Below are positions 8,455 through 16,786 of a DNA stretch of 64,000 nt, one piece after another. Position 1 is the stretch's first letter; each line of letters begins with the position of its first letter. The notes beneath the pieces are model-generated. The model did no database searches and had not been told where the DNA came from. It saw only the letters and a program-made list of their open reading frames with translations. Position numbers and translations under genes: made by a program. The stretch lies in the IMG/VR virus record IMGVR_UViG_3300050020_000061; one strand, given 5' to 3'. Origin of the DNA: a virus.

Positions 8455-8718
8455 TCACGGCAGATCCTTCGTTCTCTCGGAGTTGAGGCGGGCCTGTGCC
8501 TCGGTGTTTGCCTTCTGGAGGTTCGCCACCATCACCTTCGTTCGCTCGAGTGGCTTGACCCACGGGATCGTCTCCCCGACGGGAGTGGATGGCGCAGCGA
8601 TCCGCGCCACCCACTCTTCCTCCGTCGGGGCGGGGTCACCAGCTCCTCTCCAGTGACCCCACGGGGCGGCCTCGATCCCCCCAGAGACCGAGGACTCCCC
8701 AGAAAAAAGCTTGTTCAC
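8455..8718 (-). CDS. hypothetical protein (87 aa)
   Basis: GTG 8718 is in a GTGA overlap with the upstream stop. Confidence 0.5.
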   Translation of the reverse strand: MNKLFSGESSVSGGIEAAPWGHWRGAGDPAPTEEEWVARIAAPSTPVGETIPWVKPLERTKVMVANLQKANTEAQARLNSERTKDLP

Positions 8719-9071
8719 AGCGGGTCCAGAGGCGGAGGCGTGAAGGGAGCCTCGCCCACCTCCGACAGGCGGGCGTAGATCATGTAGTCATGACCCTCCT
8801 CCCCCGGCTTCCCAACTTCCCACTCACCCGTCGTGAGGCGACGTGTGTGGGGATCCTCGTTCGATGCTCGAGCGGAGTACTCGAACGACCCGCCGAGAGC
8901 TGCGAGCATCTCGAAGAACAGCGGCTTCATCAGGATGAAGAGGTTGTAGACCTCGAGACCGTCCTTGAGCCACGCCTCGAGGTCGACGGCGTGGTCAGGC
9001 AGTCGGTACTTGCCCAGCGTCTTCTCGACCACCAGCGTGGCGTCTGCGGGCTCCCACGTCGTCTCAGCCAC
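8715..9071 (-). CDS. hypothetical protein (118 aa)
   Basis: GTG 9071 immediately after the lipoprotein gene stop. Clean ORF. Confidence 0.55.
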   Translation of the reverse strand: MAETTWEPADATLVVEKTLGKYRLPDHAVDLEAWLKDGLEVYNLFILMKPLFFEMLAALGGSFEYSARASNEDPHTRRLTTGEWEVGKPGEEGHDYMIYARLSEVGEAPFTPPPLDPL

Positions 9072-9667
9072 TACTTGCTCGGGCTCGGACTCGGGGCCGC
9101 GACGACGTTCCCCGGCTTCACGGTGATCGTGATGTTCGAGGACCCGCCAGCGTCAGTGATGGCACCGGTCGCGGGGTCGACCTTCACCGGGAAGGGGAAC
9201 ATCTGGACGTTGTTCTCGGTGTAGACGGGAGCGATCTTGCCGTCAGGACGAGCGCACAGGATGTAGGTGCCCTGCGTGTTCCCGGTGTAGATGCCGTTGG
9301 GCTCGGCCTGACCCACCGTGCCCGAGATGTAACCGGACCATGGACCCGGAACGCCAACCACCTGCGACGGATTGGAGAGCTGCGCGGCAGCCGGGATCGG
9401 CCATCCCACGGCCTCGCACTGGAACAGGAACTGGCCCGAGTACGACGTGATGACGTCCCACGTCTGGCTGTTCTGGTTCTGGCTGTTGTAGATGTCGATC
9501 AGGGCCTGCCGCTGCAGGCTGAAGTCGTAAAACGGGATCGGCTGGGCCTTGTTGTATTGCTGCTGCTGGGCGTTGACGACGGTCTGCTCTTGGCTCGTGC
9601 TGTTGCTCGAGCCGGTGCAGGCGGCGACGAGCAGGAGCGCGATGACCAGCGCGATGAGCTTCTTCAC
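9071..9667 (-). CDS. lipoprotein
   Basis: GTG 9667 after AGGAGGA. Signal peptide plus lipobox: MKKLIALVIALLLVAAC-TGSS. Confidence 0.75.
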   Translation of the reverse strand: MKKLIALVIALLLVAACTGSSNSTSQEQTVVNAQQQQYNKAQPIPFYDFSLQRQALIDIYNSQNQNSQTWDVITSYSGQFLFQCEAVGWPIPAAAQLSNPSQVVGVPGPWSGYISGTVGQAEPNGIYTGNTQGTYILCARPDGKIAPVYTENNVQMFPFPVKVDPATGAITDAGGSSNITITVKPGNVVAAPSPSPSK

Positions 9668-9676
9668 GAGATCCTC

Positions 9677-10009
9677 CTAGTTGGTGCAGTTCTGCGAGAC
9701 GAACGCCGAGATCTGGGCGGGCCATGAGCCTTGGTCAAGGAGAGGGGCCTGCTGGCAGATCAAGGTCTTGTAGGTGGCCTGATGCGTGGCGTCACCGGTC
9801 TGGTAGTTGCTCCAGTAGCCCATCAGGATCTGCTGGTGGGCTTGGATGTACTGCAGGCTCTGCTGCGTCACGCGGCGCTCGGCCGCCTGCGTCTGCACGC
9901 CCAAGGTGTTGAGGTAGACGATGTAGAGGGCCCCGGACCCGAAGACGAGCGCGATCACGATGATGATCGCCAGCGCCCCTGCTCCGAGGCTTCCGAAGAA
10001 TGCCTTCAT
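9677..10009 (-). CDS. membrane protein with one N-terminal transmembrane segment
   Basis: ATG 10009 after AAGGA. TM segment GAGALAIIIVIALVFGSGALYIVYL. Confidence 0.65.
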   Translation of the reverse strand: MKAFFGSLGAGALAIIIVIALVFGSGALYIVYLNTLGVQTQAAERRVTQQSLQYIQAHQQILMGYWSNYQTGDATHQATYKTLICQQAPLLDQGSWPAQISAFVSQNCTN

Positions 10010-10019
10010 GCCTGTCCTT

Positions 10020-10310
10020 TCATGACTGCCACGCGATGACGTTGCCCACCGCGCCGAGGAGCCCGATGGAGGCCCCGAACGCGGCGGTGGCGAAGCGGAG
10101 TCTCGAGTCGACCTTCACCATCCCGACTCCATACAGGATCACGGTCGTGAGCGCGATCTTGAGGACCCCCACTGCGATCAGGCCGAACCTGATGTACGCC
10201 TGCGCCATCAGAGGGTTCTGCTCGGCCCCGATCCCGACGTGGGGCACGATCAATGCGAAGGTCAGGAGGTCGAGGCCCATGCAGGTGGCGACGAGCGCGA
10301 AGGGCTTCAT
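10020..10310 (-). CDS. polytopic small membrane protein (96 aa)
   Basis: I trimmed the start to ATG 10310 (MKPFALVATCMGLDLLTFALIVP...), in an ATGA overlap with the upstream stop. Three to four hydrophobic segments. Confidence 0.6.
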   Translation of the reverse strand: MKPFALVATCMGLDLLTFALIVPHVGIGAEQNPLMAQAYIRFGLIAVGVLKIALTTVILYGVGMVKVDSRLRFATAAFGASIGLLGAVGNVIAWQS

Positions 10311-10738
10311 CCTGCGGTCAGGAGGGGCAGGCCCCCGTCTTCGATCAGCTCGCCGAGCGTCTGACCCGACTTCAGGACGGTGTAGGGCATGAACTCCAGC
10401 TCGAGCGTCGTGTCGCCTCCCTCGATGAACTCCAGCTTCGCCTTGATCAGAAGGACGTGGGCCCTCCAGCGCCGTCTCCACTCGTCGGCCGCCTTGAGCT
10501 TCCAGTCGACGTTGCGGGGGTAGGTGTACTCCCCGCCGTCCCTCTCGAGCATCTCCTCGGGTGTCGGCTTCTTGATCACGAAGCGGAACAGGTGGCCGCC
10601 CAGCGTGAACTGCAACGTGTCGGCCGCAGGCTCGGTGCCCCACGCCATGCGGTCGCAGCCGTGCTGGGCGAGGATCCCGCTGATCTCACCTCGAGACTTG
10701 TCCACCGTGACCGTGGTTCCTGCGGCAAACCTACGCAC
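10307..10738 (-). CDS. hypothetical protein (143 aa)
   Basis: GTG 10738. Clean ORF, coupled at both ends. Confidence 0.55.
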   Translation of the reverse strand: MRRFAAGTTVTVDKSRGEISGILAQHGCDRMAWGTEPAADTLQFTLGGHLFRFVIKKPTPEEMLERDGGEYTYPRNVDWKLKAADEWRRRWRAHVLLIKAKLEFIEGGDTTLELEFMPYTVLKSGQTLGELIEDGGLPLLTAG

Positions 10739-10925
10739 TGGCCTTGACCGCCTCTGCCTTGCGGTGAGCAGCGAACGCCGCTGCCAGCGCGTCGTGGCCG
10801 ATCTCCACCGGCAGCTCAGGCTCGATCTTCACCTTGAACTCCTGTCCGCAGTCGCACTTCACCCAGCCTTTCCTGAACGAGATGTCCGCAACACGATGGC
10901 CCGCGAAATGGGGCTTCTCACCCAC
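10731..10925 (-). CDS. hypothetical small protein (64 aa)
   Basis: GTG 10925. Overlaps neighbours by 8 nt at each end. Confidence 0.45.
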   Translation of the reverse strand: MGEKPHFAGHRVADISFRKGWVKCDCGQEFKVKIEPELPVEIGHDALAAAFAAHRKAEAVKASA

Positions 10926-11136
10926 GGCTCAACTCGGGGGAGAGAGCTTCGCGGATGGCCGCCTTCACGCGGTTGCGTTGATGCTTCTCGCCGACGGTCT
11001 CCGGCGTCAGCAGAGAGTCGAGGGTATATTCCGCATCCTCTCGCGTCAGATGAACCGTGACGACCTCGGGAGTGTCGCGGGTAGGGCGCGAAATGGGGAC
11101 GATGATCGGCGTGTACTCGAGATCTATGTCATCCAT
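10918..11136 (-). CDS. hypothetical small protein (72 aa)
   Basis: ATG 11136 directly after the GGAGGTCAACC module. Confidence 0.6.
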   Translation of the reverse strand: MDDIDLEYTPIIVPISRPTRDTPEVVTVHLTREDAEYTLDSLLTPETVGEKHQRNRVKAAIREALSPELSRG

Positions 11137-11185
11137 GGTTGACCTCCTTTGTTGTGCAACATTGTGGGGGTGGCGGAAATCGCCG

Positions 11186-11599
11186 TCAAGGGCGATCCAT
11201 GGGAGCGGGAATGGTCTTGGGGAAGTTCTCCTGCATGATCTTCAAACCCTGCTCGAGGCGCTCCACCTCCCCGAGGAGCCAGACCACCATGTCGGCGTGA
11301 TCAGGCCAGATGTTCTCCTTTCCGGGGTGGGCTGCCTGCCACCGCTTGATGGCCCGCATGTCGGCTTTCCAGCGAAGGTCGAAGGTGGCCTGAAGGTCGC
11401 GCTCCGACTCCACGATCCTCTCGACGCCCCGGTCGAACCACGACCCGTCGGCGGCGAAGACGCCCTTCTCCCCGAGGACGGCGACGGCGGCGAACGGGCC
11501 GAACGGCAGCCAGCCATTCGGTCCTTCGCAGACGTCGTTCCAGCGGTCGTGGGCCTCGGTAAGCGCCTTCTCCAGTGCGGCCAGTCCTCGATCAGCCAT
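11186..11599 (-). CDS. hypothetical protein (137 aa)
   Basis: ATG 11599 directly after the GGAGGTCAACC module. Confidence 0.6.
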   Translation of the reverse strand: MADRGLAALEKALTEAHDRWNDVCEGPNGWLPFGPFAAVAVLGEKGVFAADGSWFDRGVERIVESERDLQATFDLRWKADMRAIKRWQAAHPGKENIWPDHADMVVWLLGEVERLEQGLKIMQENFPKTIPAPMDRP

Positions 11600-11843
11600 G
11601 GTTGACCTCCTTGAGCTGACGCAGCTCCTCTTCGACCTCTCTCGCTCGACCTCGCCAGTAGTTGACGCGGTCGACGAGGAAGCCGCAGCCGGTGCAGAGC
11701 CAGAGCGTGTCGCCCCTGTGGGCCACGCCCTCCTTGTAGGCGGACTCGAACAGCATGCCGTTGCAGGCGGCCCTGCCAGAGCCCGGGGGATCCTCGAGAT
11801 GGACGACGATGTAGGGGCCCGCCCCCATGACCTTCTCAGTCAT
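11592..11843 (-). CDS. hypothetical small Cys-containing protein (83 aa)
   Basis: I trimmed the start to ATG 11843 (MTEKVMGAGPYIVVHLEDPP...CNG...CTGCG). Confidence 0.5.
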   Translation of the reverse strand: MTEKVMGAGPYIVVHLEDPPGSGRAACNGMLFESAYKEGVAHRGDTLWLCTGCGFLVDRVNYWRGRAREVEEELRQLKEVNHG

Positions 11844-12249
11844 CGGAGGGCACCACCGGCACCATGTCGTACAGCTCCTGCTCCTCGATGCGGAACCAGC
11901 CGTAGCAGTCGGGGCACTCCTCCTCCATGACGAGGGGCTTCTCGTAGTTCTTGACCGAGCGAACGAAGCTCGCCCGCCGCGAGTCACGGATCTCCTTCGC
12001 GCACCGCTCTGCGTGCTCCTCGGAATACATCGACACCCAAACGGGATGGTTGGCCGCGATGTTCGCCTCGTCCCACGAAGACCCGTCACGGTCGTACCGC
12101 TCCAGAGCCTTGCGGGCCCTCGAGAGATCCTTCTCGTGCTCCGAGGTCGCGAGAGCCAGCGCGTACTCCTTCGCCAGCTCCCTCGTGGTGAAGAGCGCCA
12201 CCACCTCGTAGCTCGAATACTCCCCCTGCGTGAGCATGAAGACCTTCAC
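11836..12249 (-). CDS. hypothetical protein (137 aa)
   Basis: I trimmed the start to GTG 12249 (VKVFMLTQGEYSSYEVV...), in a GTGA overlap. Confidence 0.5.
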   Translation of the reverse strand: MKVFMLTQGEYSSYEVVALFTTRELAKEYALALATSEHEKDLSRARKALERYDRDGSSWDEANIAANHPVWVSMYSEEHAERCAKEIRDSRRASFVRSVKNYEKPLVMEEECPDCYGWFRIEEQELYDMVPVVPSDD

Positions 12250-12458
12250 GATTTCACCTTCTCGATGGCCTTGAGGATGGCGATGGCCGAGGAGAGGTCG
12301 TAGGCGGGCATCGGACCTCTCCCGAACGCGAGAGGCAGGGCTGTCGCCAGCTCCTCGGGGGTTACGCCGGATCGGACGTCCCGGGCGCGAACCACGGTCC
12401 CCTGCTTCACCTCGATCCAGTCCCCCGTCTCCTCGTTGAGGAACGCCCAGCGCGTCAT
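12246..12458 (-). CDS. hypothetical small protein (70 aa)
   Basis: I trimmed the start to ATG 12458 (MTRWAFLNEETGDW...), in an ATGA overlap. Confidence 0.5.
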   Translation of the reverse strand: MTRWAFLNEETGDWIEVKQGTVVRARDVRSGVTPEELATALPLAFGRGPMPAYDLSSAIAILKAIEKVKS

Positions 12459-12709
12459 TGGTCCTCCGGCCACGGCTTGCCCTGCACAACCTGCCCGACA
12501 CCGTAGGAGTCGAGGTGGGCGAAGATGGGCGAGGAGTAGCGGCTGACGTGCTTGCCCAGCTCCTTGATGATCCGCTTCCGATCCTCCTCGGCAGCCTGCT
12601 CCTCGATGACTTCGATGACGTCCTGCAGCGCCTGTGCCGTGATCTTCAGCTCTTGGGTGGGGCCTCTCTTCGCCACCTCCATCAGGACGTGGCCCGCATG
12701 CGTCTTCAC
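12455..12709 (-). CDS. hypothetical small protein (84 aa)
   Basis: I trimmed the start to GTG 12709, in a GTGA overlap. Confidence 0.5.
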   Translation of the reverse strand: MKTHAGHVLMEVAKRGPTQELKITAQALQDVIEVIEEQAAEEDRKRIIKELGKHVSRYSSPIFAHLDSYGVGQVVQGKPWPEDQ

Positions 12710-12966
12710 CACTTCCGGTTCTCCTCCCAGTGGTACGCGAGCGTTCGGAAGTAGCACGTCTGGTCACACTCAGCGGGGTCCTCGTGTGCCTCCGTGCAGA
12801 GGCCCGTCATCACCTTGCCCTTGTAGACGAGGGTCCCGTCCTCGGGGATCGAGTACGAGAGGCAGCCCACCACGATGTCGCGGGCCTGCGTGTAGGGGAC
12901 GGTGGCTGGCACCCACCAGTCCCCGTCGTCGTTGAGGTAGGGGCCCAGATTGCCGTGGGTCGTCAT
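12706..12966 (-). CDS. hypothetical small protein (86 aa)
   Basis: I trimmed the start to ATG 12966 (MTTHGNLGPYLNDDGDWW...), in an ATGA overlap. Confidence 0.5.
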   Translation of the reverse strand: MTTHGNLGPYLNDDGDWWVPATVPYTQARDIVVGCLSYSIPEDGTLVYKGKVMTGLCTEAHEDPAECDQTCYFRTLAYHWEENRKW

Positions 12967-13211
12967 GCTTCCAGCTTGATCACGACGCCTACCTTCTCGG
13001 CGTCGACTGAGATCGCGACATAGTTGACGCGGCCGAAGGCCCATTCTGCTTCGATGTAGTCGCCGGAAACCGGGAGACGGATGTCCCACGGCCAGTCGAC
13101 CTCGACGATGCGTGAGGCGGCGCTCGCCTCCGCTGCGTCCATTCCTCCCGCTCGCAGCTCCTCGTAGTGCTTCTGGATCGCCGTCCCGTGAGGGTGGACG
13201 TAGACCTTCAC
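12963..13211 (-). CDS. hypothetical small protein (82 aa)
   Basis: I trimmed the start to GTG 13211 (VKVYVHPHGTAIQKHYEEL...), in a GTGA overlap. Confidence 0.5.
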   Translation of the reverse strand: MKVYVHPHGTAIQKHYEELRAGGMDAAEASAASRIVEVDWPWDIRLPVSGDYIEAEWAFGRVNYVAISVDAEKVGVVIKLEA

Positions 13212-13669
13212 TTCGCCTTGACCTCCTGCTCGTGGAACTTCCTGATCAGCTCCTGCAGTGCCTCCTCCGGGGTCTTGCCGATCCCCTCGATCTCGCGGTC
13301 GAAGCCATGGCCGGTGGCGTTGTAGGGATCGGCTATCGCCTGCCACTTGATCCCGTCGCGGAACTGCCACGGGCCCACGATGCGGATCCGGCCGTGGTCG
13401 AACCATCTCGCGAGGGGACCGTCGTACTCCTCCATCACGAACTTGGACGCCTCCGCGAGGAGGGTCGAAAGGCTCGGCGGGAGGGCGGCGAGGAGACGAC
13501 GAGCCACCGGGATCAGGTCACGGCCGAGCTGGATCTCGCTCTGCTGGATCTGAGTGGCGTTGATTGCCGCCGCCACCGTGTACTCGGTCTCAGTGGGGTG
13601 GTCCTTCGTCCAGTGGTCGCCGCCACAGGTCTTGCACATCTCCCACGGCGGGGTGAGGGGATCGGTCAT
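13208..13669 (-). CDS. hypothetical protein (153 aa)
   Basis: I trimmed the start to ATG 13669 (MTDPLTPPWEMCKTCGGDHW...), in an ATGA overlap. Confidence 0.55.
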   Translation of the reverse strand: MTDPLTPPWEMCKTCGGDHWTKDHPTETEYTVAAAINATQIQQSEIQLGRDLIPVARRLLAALPPSLSTLLAEASKFVMEEYDGPLARWFDHGRIRIVGPWQFRDGIKWQAIADPYNATGHGFDREIEGIGKTPEEALQELIRKFHEQEVKAK

Positions 13670-13851
13670 CGGTATTCCGTCGCTCTCCACTCGCGGATCG
13701 AGGTCAAGGGGATGTGACGGCGCTCGTCGTCGTAGCTCACCTTCAGGTGCAGGACCCCATCCCTGACCCATGGCTCCCCGAGGCACTCGATCTTCGTCTG
13801 GCTCCCGTCCAACCAGATGACCCAGACTGTTCTCCAGCCGTCGTAGCTCAT
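13666..13851 (-). CDS. hypothetical small protein (61 aa)
   Basis: I trimmed the start to ATG 13851 (MSYDGWRTVWVIWLDG...), in an ATGA overlap. Confidence 0.45.
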   Translation of the reverse strand: MSYDGWRTVWVIWLDGSQTKIECLGEPWVRDGVLHLKVSYDDERRHIPLTSIREWRATEYR

Positions 13852-14072
13852 CTCGACCTCCGGGTTCTCGGGTGAGAGGCGTTCCAGCGTCGATGAGCTG
13901 CAGCGTCCCTTTGGGGGCGGACCTTGAGCAGGGTCGCGTTGACGAACACGCGCTCGCGGGCCTTGGGGCTGGCCGTCAGGAGCACCTCGAGCGGCGTGCC
14001 CTTGTCGACGATGAACCACTGTCCGGGCTCGAGCCAGTCGGACTCGATGATCGGGATCCCGAAGAGGCTCAT
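13848..14072 (-). CDS. hypothetical small protein (74 aa)
   Basis: I trimmed the start to ATG 14072 (MSLFGIPIIESDWLEPGQWF...), in an ATGA overlap. Confidence 0.45.
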   Translation of the reverse strand: MSLFGIPIIESDWLEPGQWFIVDKGTPLEVLLTASPKARERVFVNATLLKVRPQRDAAAHRRWNASHPRTRRSR

Positions 14073-14290
14073 CGGGTCATGTCCACGACGAAGCGGATGC
14101 CCATCGCTGCGACCTGAATGGCCTCCGCGCACGCCGCGTCCGTCCGGTTCGCCTTCACGTCATCCCACAGCTCGTCCAGCTCCTCGGCGATGACGGCGTA
14201 GCCCTCGTGGGTGGAGTTGAACGCCCCGAACTTCGCGGTCGCCTTGTCGTACTCAGCGAGCACCAGACCCACCACCTCCTCGGGGGTCAC
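14069..14290 (-). CDS. small all-alpha protein, possibly MazG-like nucleotide pyrophosphohydrolase
   Basis: GTG 14290 in a GTGA overlap. NSTHEGYAVIAEELDELWDDVK resembles the acidic EExxE helix of phage MazG-like proteins. This is a weak, motif-only call. Confidence 0.3.
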   Translation of the reverse strand: MTPEEVVGLVLAEYDKATAKFGAFNSTHEGYAVIAEELDELWDDVKANRTDAACAEAIQVAAMGIRFVVDMTR

Positions 14291-14553
14291 CGGGATCTCG
14301 AGGCCGTCTTGGGCAGCTTCGCCATGATGACGTCGCGCTGGTGCTGGGTGAGCTTCGAGATCACGTCATCCCCCGGCAGGTAGTGATACCCGGAAGCGCC
14401 CTTGTACTCCTTCACGGTTGCCCTCCCGTCTTCGATCACGATCAGCGCGGTGGCGTCCTTGCCCTTCGCGAGATCCACCCCCACGACGGGCTTTCGCTTG
14501 GCCCTCAGGTCCCGCTGGTGCTGGGCGTTCTCTTCTGGGGTCCGAGCCTTCAT
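14287..14553 (-). CDS. hypothetical protein (88 aa), first gene of the leftward block
   Basis: ATG 14553 directly after the GGAGGTCAAC module. Confidence 0.6.
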   Translation of the reverse strand: MKARTPEENAQHQRDLRAKRKPVVGVDLAKGKDATALIVIEDGRATVKEYKGASGYHYLPGDDVISKLTQHQRDVIMAKLPKTASRSR

Positions 14554-14563
14554 GTTGACCTCC

Positions 14564-14587
14564 GGGTGGTACGGCTGGGTGGTACGG
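14564..14587. repeat. tandem direct repeat GGGTGGTACGG x2 (13-bp period) in the leader of the leftward block
   Basis: Copies at 14564-14574 and 14577-14587, about 10 nt from the GGAGG of the first leftward gene. Confidence 0.8.
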
Positions 14588-15098
14588 GGTGGATGTCAAG
14601 CAACATTCGTTCATGTTGGGGAAGAGTTAGGTGGTCAGGTGCAATATTTTGACGTCGCTCGACACGGCCCCGAAGTCCCGTGGACTTCCGAGACCGGGGG
14701 CCGTCCCCTCGTGGCCGTCGACCCCGCCGCGTGCTCGCCAGCGTGCTCCCAGACGCTGCAGGAGCCACGCAGAGCCACGATCCATCACGAACGGGTGTGT
14801 GGACATGGTCGAGGGCTGGCTGCGGGGATGTTGTGCAAGAGGAGGGGGTGCGGGGGCGTTGACGCCAGCACGCTCAACCGCTCGCCAGCGTGGGTCGAGG
14901 TAGAGCATGGGATGCCCATGGTGACTGGGCTGGGGGCGGGCCGAAGGGGTCGCGGGCGCAGTCTCTGAGCCGCCGTTGGAGGGTCATTCCGAAAGTGGGG
15001 AATGGGTCGCTCTGGTAGAGGTATTCCATTCGTGGCGGTGGGGATGCGGCGCTCCACGCCATGCTCGATGTTGCCAACACGGTAGGCCCTAGTGGGGG

Positions 15099-15127
15099 TT
15101 GACATCCCAACATGGTCCGTATAGGCT
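15099..15127 (+). promoter_or_regulatory. sigma-70/HrdB-type promoter candidate for the rightward block
   Basis: TTGACA (15099-15104), 17-nt spacer, TAGGCT (15122-15127; TAnnnT). The spacer contains CCCAACATGG, which is also found in the 22203 promoter. Confidence 0.55.
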
Positions 15128-15510
15128 CTGCCTTCGCAGTTGATCCTTACCCCTACGGAGGCCCTGCCTACCGCACGCTCACCACCGTCACAGGTCGCGT
15201 CGTGAAGACGCCGCCGCCAACTCCCGACGATGCGCGAACTGGCTCGCAAGGCCCACCCGCCACCGCCCCGAGCAGACCCCGAGCGATGAGGGAAGGCCTC
15301 GCAGCCCGCACACGGCTGTCACGCCCTCGCCTGAAGGTCATCAGCACGGACGCCGCTCCATTCACCAGAGCCCCCACGAGGGGCTCAGGCGAGTGGATGG
15401 GCCACTCAGATGGACATCCGCTCCGGCTACGGAGCACGTTCCTGACTCTCACCCGAGCCCTTGCGAGGGCTCCGGCGAGCGGAGGAGCCGCTCATCCAAG
15501 GAGGTCAACC

Positions 15511-16452
15511 GTGGGACACGGGATGGACATGACTCAGGAGGAGGTCCACGCCCTGTACGCCAGCATCATCGCTGAGCACAAGTCGTACCCGTGCATCTGG
15601 CCGGGTGGCTGCGATCAGGTGATCGAGTATCAGGATCTCACCTACTGCCCCAAGCACATGGTGGCGGTTCGCGCCATGTACGACGCACCGCTCACGGGCA
15701 TCGTGGGCGAGCGCACCCGCGCAGCCAGCTCCAAGGCCGACATGAGCCCAGAGGCCGTGGCAGCTCGCAAGCTCGCCAAGGCCCGCGAGTTCGAGGCGGT
15801 CGCCTACGTCAGGGAGTACACCGGCTCGTGGGGCCTGCCACTGGACATCCGCGCCAGTGAGAAGTGGGGCACCAAGTACATGAAGCTCACCGAGCGTCAG
15901 GTCGACGCCCTGCTGTCAGGCAAGGCACGCGACGTGGAGCGCGAGGCCGCACGTGTGGCGGCGCTCGCCACGGCTGCCGTCGACCCCCTGCTGGTCTGGC
16001 TCGCCAAGCCTGAGACGTGGAAGGCGTCGAGCTTCCTCGCATCTCTCGCGTCACAGGCTCGCAGGTTTGGCCTGAGCCCACGCCAGCGCGAGGTGGCCCA
16101 GCGGATCATGGACGAGCAGAGCGCCCGTCCTGCGGCCTCTGGTGTGGCCGTGGAGCCCGTCACCGAGGGCATGTATCGCACGCCCGAGGACGTGATCTAC
16201 AAGGTCGTGAAGGCAGTCCACGGCTCAGGTCGCCTGTACGCACAGCGGCTCGAGATCGAGGGCAACAGCGGACGGTTCGAGTACGCGGGCGGAGCGATCC
16301 GCTCTCTGCGGGCCGAGTGGAAGATGACTCTGGAACAGGCCAAGGCGTTCGGGAGCCTGTACGGCTTCTGCGTCCGGTGCGGTGCCACGCTCACCGACGA
16401 CGTCTCAATCAAGGCCGGGATCGGCCCCGTCTGCGCTGGGAGGTTCTCATGA
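15511..16452 (+). CDS. hypothetical protein with N-terminal Cys/His cluster and C-terminal DUF6011-like zinc motif
   Basis: GTG 15511 directly after GGAGGTCAACC. C-terminus is GFCVRCGATLTDDVSIKAGIGPVCAGRF (C-x2-C ... GIGP-x-C pattern). Confidence 0.65.
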   Translation: MGHGMDMTQEEVHALYASIIAEHKSYPCIWPGGCDQVIEYQDLTYCPKHMVAVRAMYDAPLTGIVGERTRAASSKADMSPEAVAARKLAKAREFEAVAYVREYTGSWGLPLDIRASEKWGTKYMKLTERQVDALLSGKARDVEREAARVAALATAAVDPLLVWLAKPETWKASSFLASLASQARRFGLSPRQREVAQRIMDEQSARPAASGVAVEPVTEGMYRTPEDVIYKVVKAVHGSGRLYAQRLEIEGNSGRFEYAGGAIRSLRAEWKMTLEQAKAFGSLYGFCVRCGATLTDDVSIKAGIGPVCAGRFS

Positions 16453-16718
16453 TCGGATCCATTCTCCTGTGCGACCGCTGCGGCGAGACCGGCGGCGCTC
16501 TGGCAGCCCCTGACGGGGCCACATCTCGCAAGGTCGCCTACCGAGGCACCATCCGCCGGGTCAAGGTGGGCCGCACGCACTACCGCGTGAGCGGACCCGG
16601 ACGCCTCCACTCGCTCGACCTGTGCGGGCGATGCAACACCCCCAAGGTTCTCGCCGACGCCCAGCGTGACGCGGCCAACAGGGCGGAACGCTACGGCGAG
16701 AAGTTCACGCGAGCCTGA
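16449..16718 (+). CDS. small Cys-rich protein (89 aa)
   Basis: ATG 16449 in an ATGA overlap. CDRCG...CGRC. Confidence 0.55.
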   Translation: MIGSILLCDRCGETGGALAAPDGATSRKVAYRGTIRRVKVGRTHYRVSGPGRLHSLDLCGRCNTPKVLADAQRDAANRAERYGEKFTRA

Positions 16719-16786
16719 CGTTCGCCTGTGCCACAAGAGCTGGCACAGGCGAGCCCCAGACTGGGACTCAGATGGAGGTCAACCAC

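Noticed and set aside
10020-14132. The long ORF-track versions of many minus-strand genes, for example 10020-10643, 11592-12089, 11836-12501, 12246-12767, 12963-13406 and 13208-13786.
   Set aside because: Their 5' extensions overlap the preceding gene by 100-400 nt in another frame and are Arg/Gly/Pro-rich. In each case an internal ATG/GTG forms an ATGA/GTGA/TGATG junction with the upstream stop, and plausible protein sequence follows it.
14402-15249. ORFs inside the divergent control region: 14402-14968 (+), 14627-14908 (-), 14785-15249 (-) and others. I also considered them as a possible repressor gene.
   Set aside because: None has the GGAGG-type RBS used by essentially every other gene here. 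Their compositions are Arg/Pro/Gly-rich. No HTH is recognisable, and the frames overlap each other. I treated the region as non-coding pending experimental data.
15112-15510. N-terminal 133-codon extension of the first rightward gene, which gives the 446-aa ORF-track product.
   Set aside because: The extension is Arg/Pro/Thr-rich and has no RBS. The GTG at 15511 sits directly behind the canonical GGAGGTCAACC module, and the predicted promoter at 15099 overlaps the upstream ATG.
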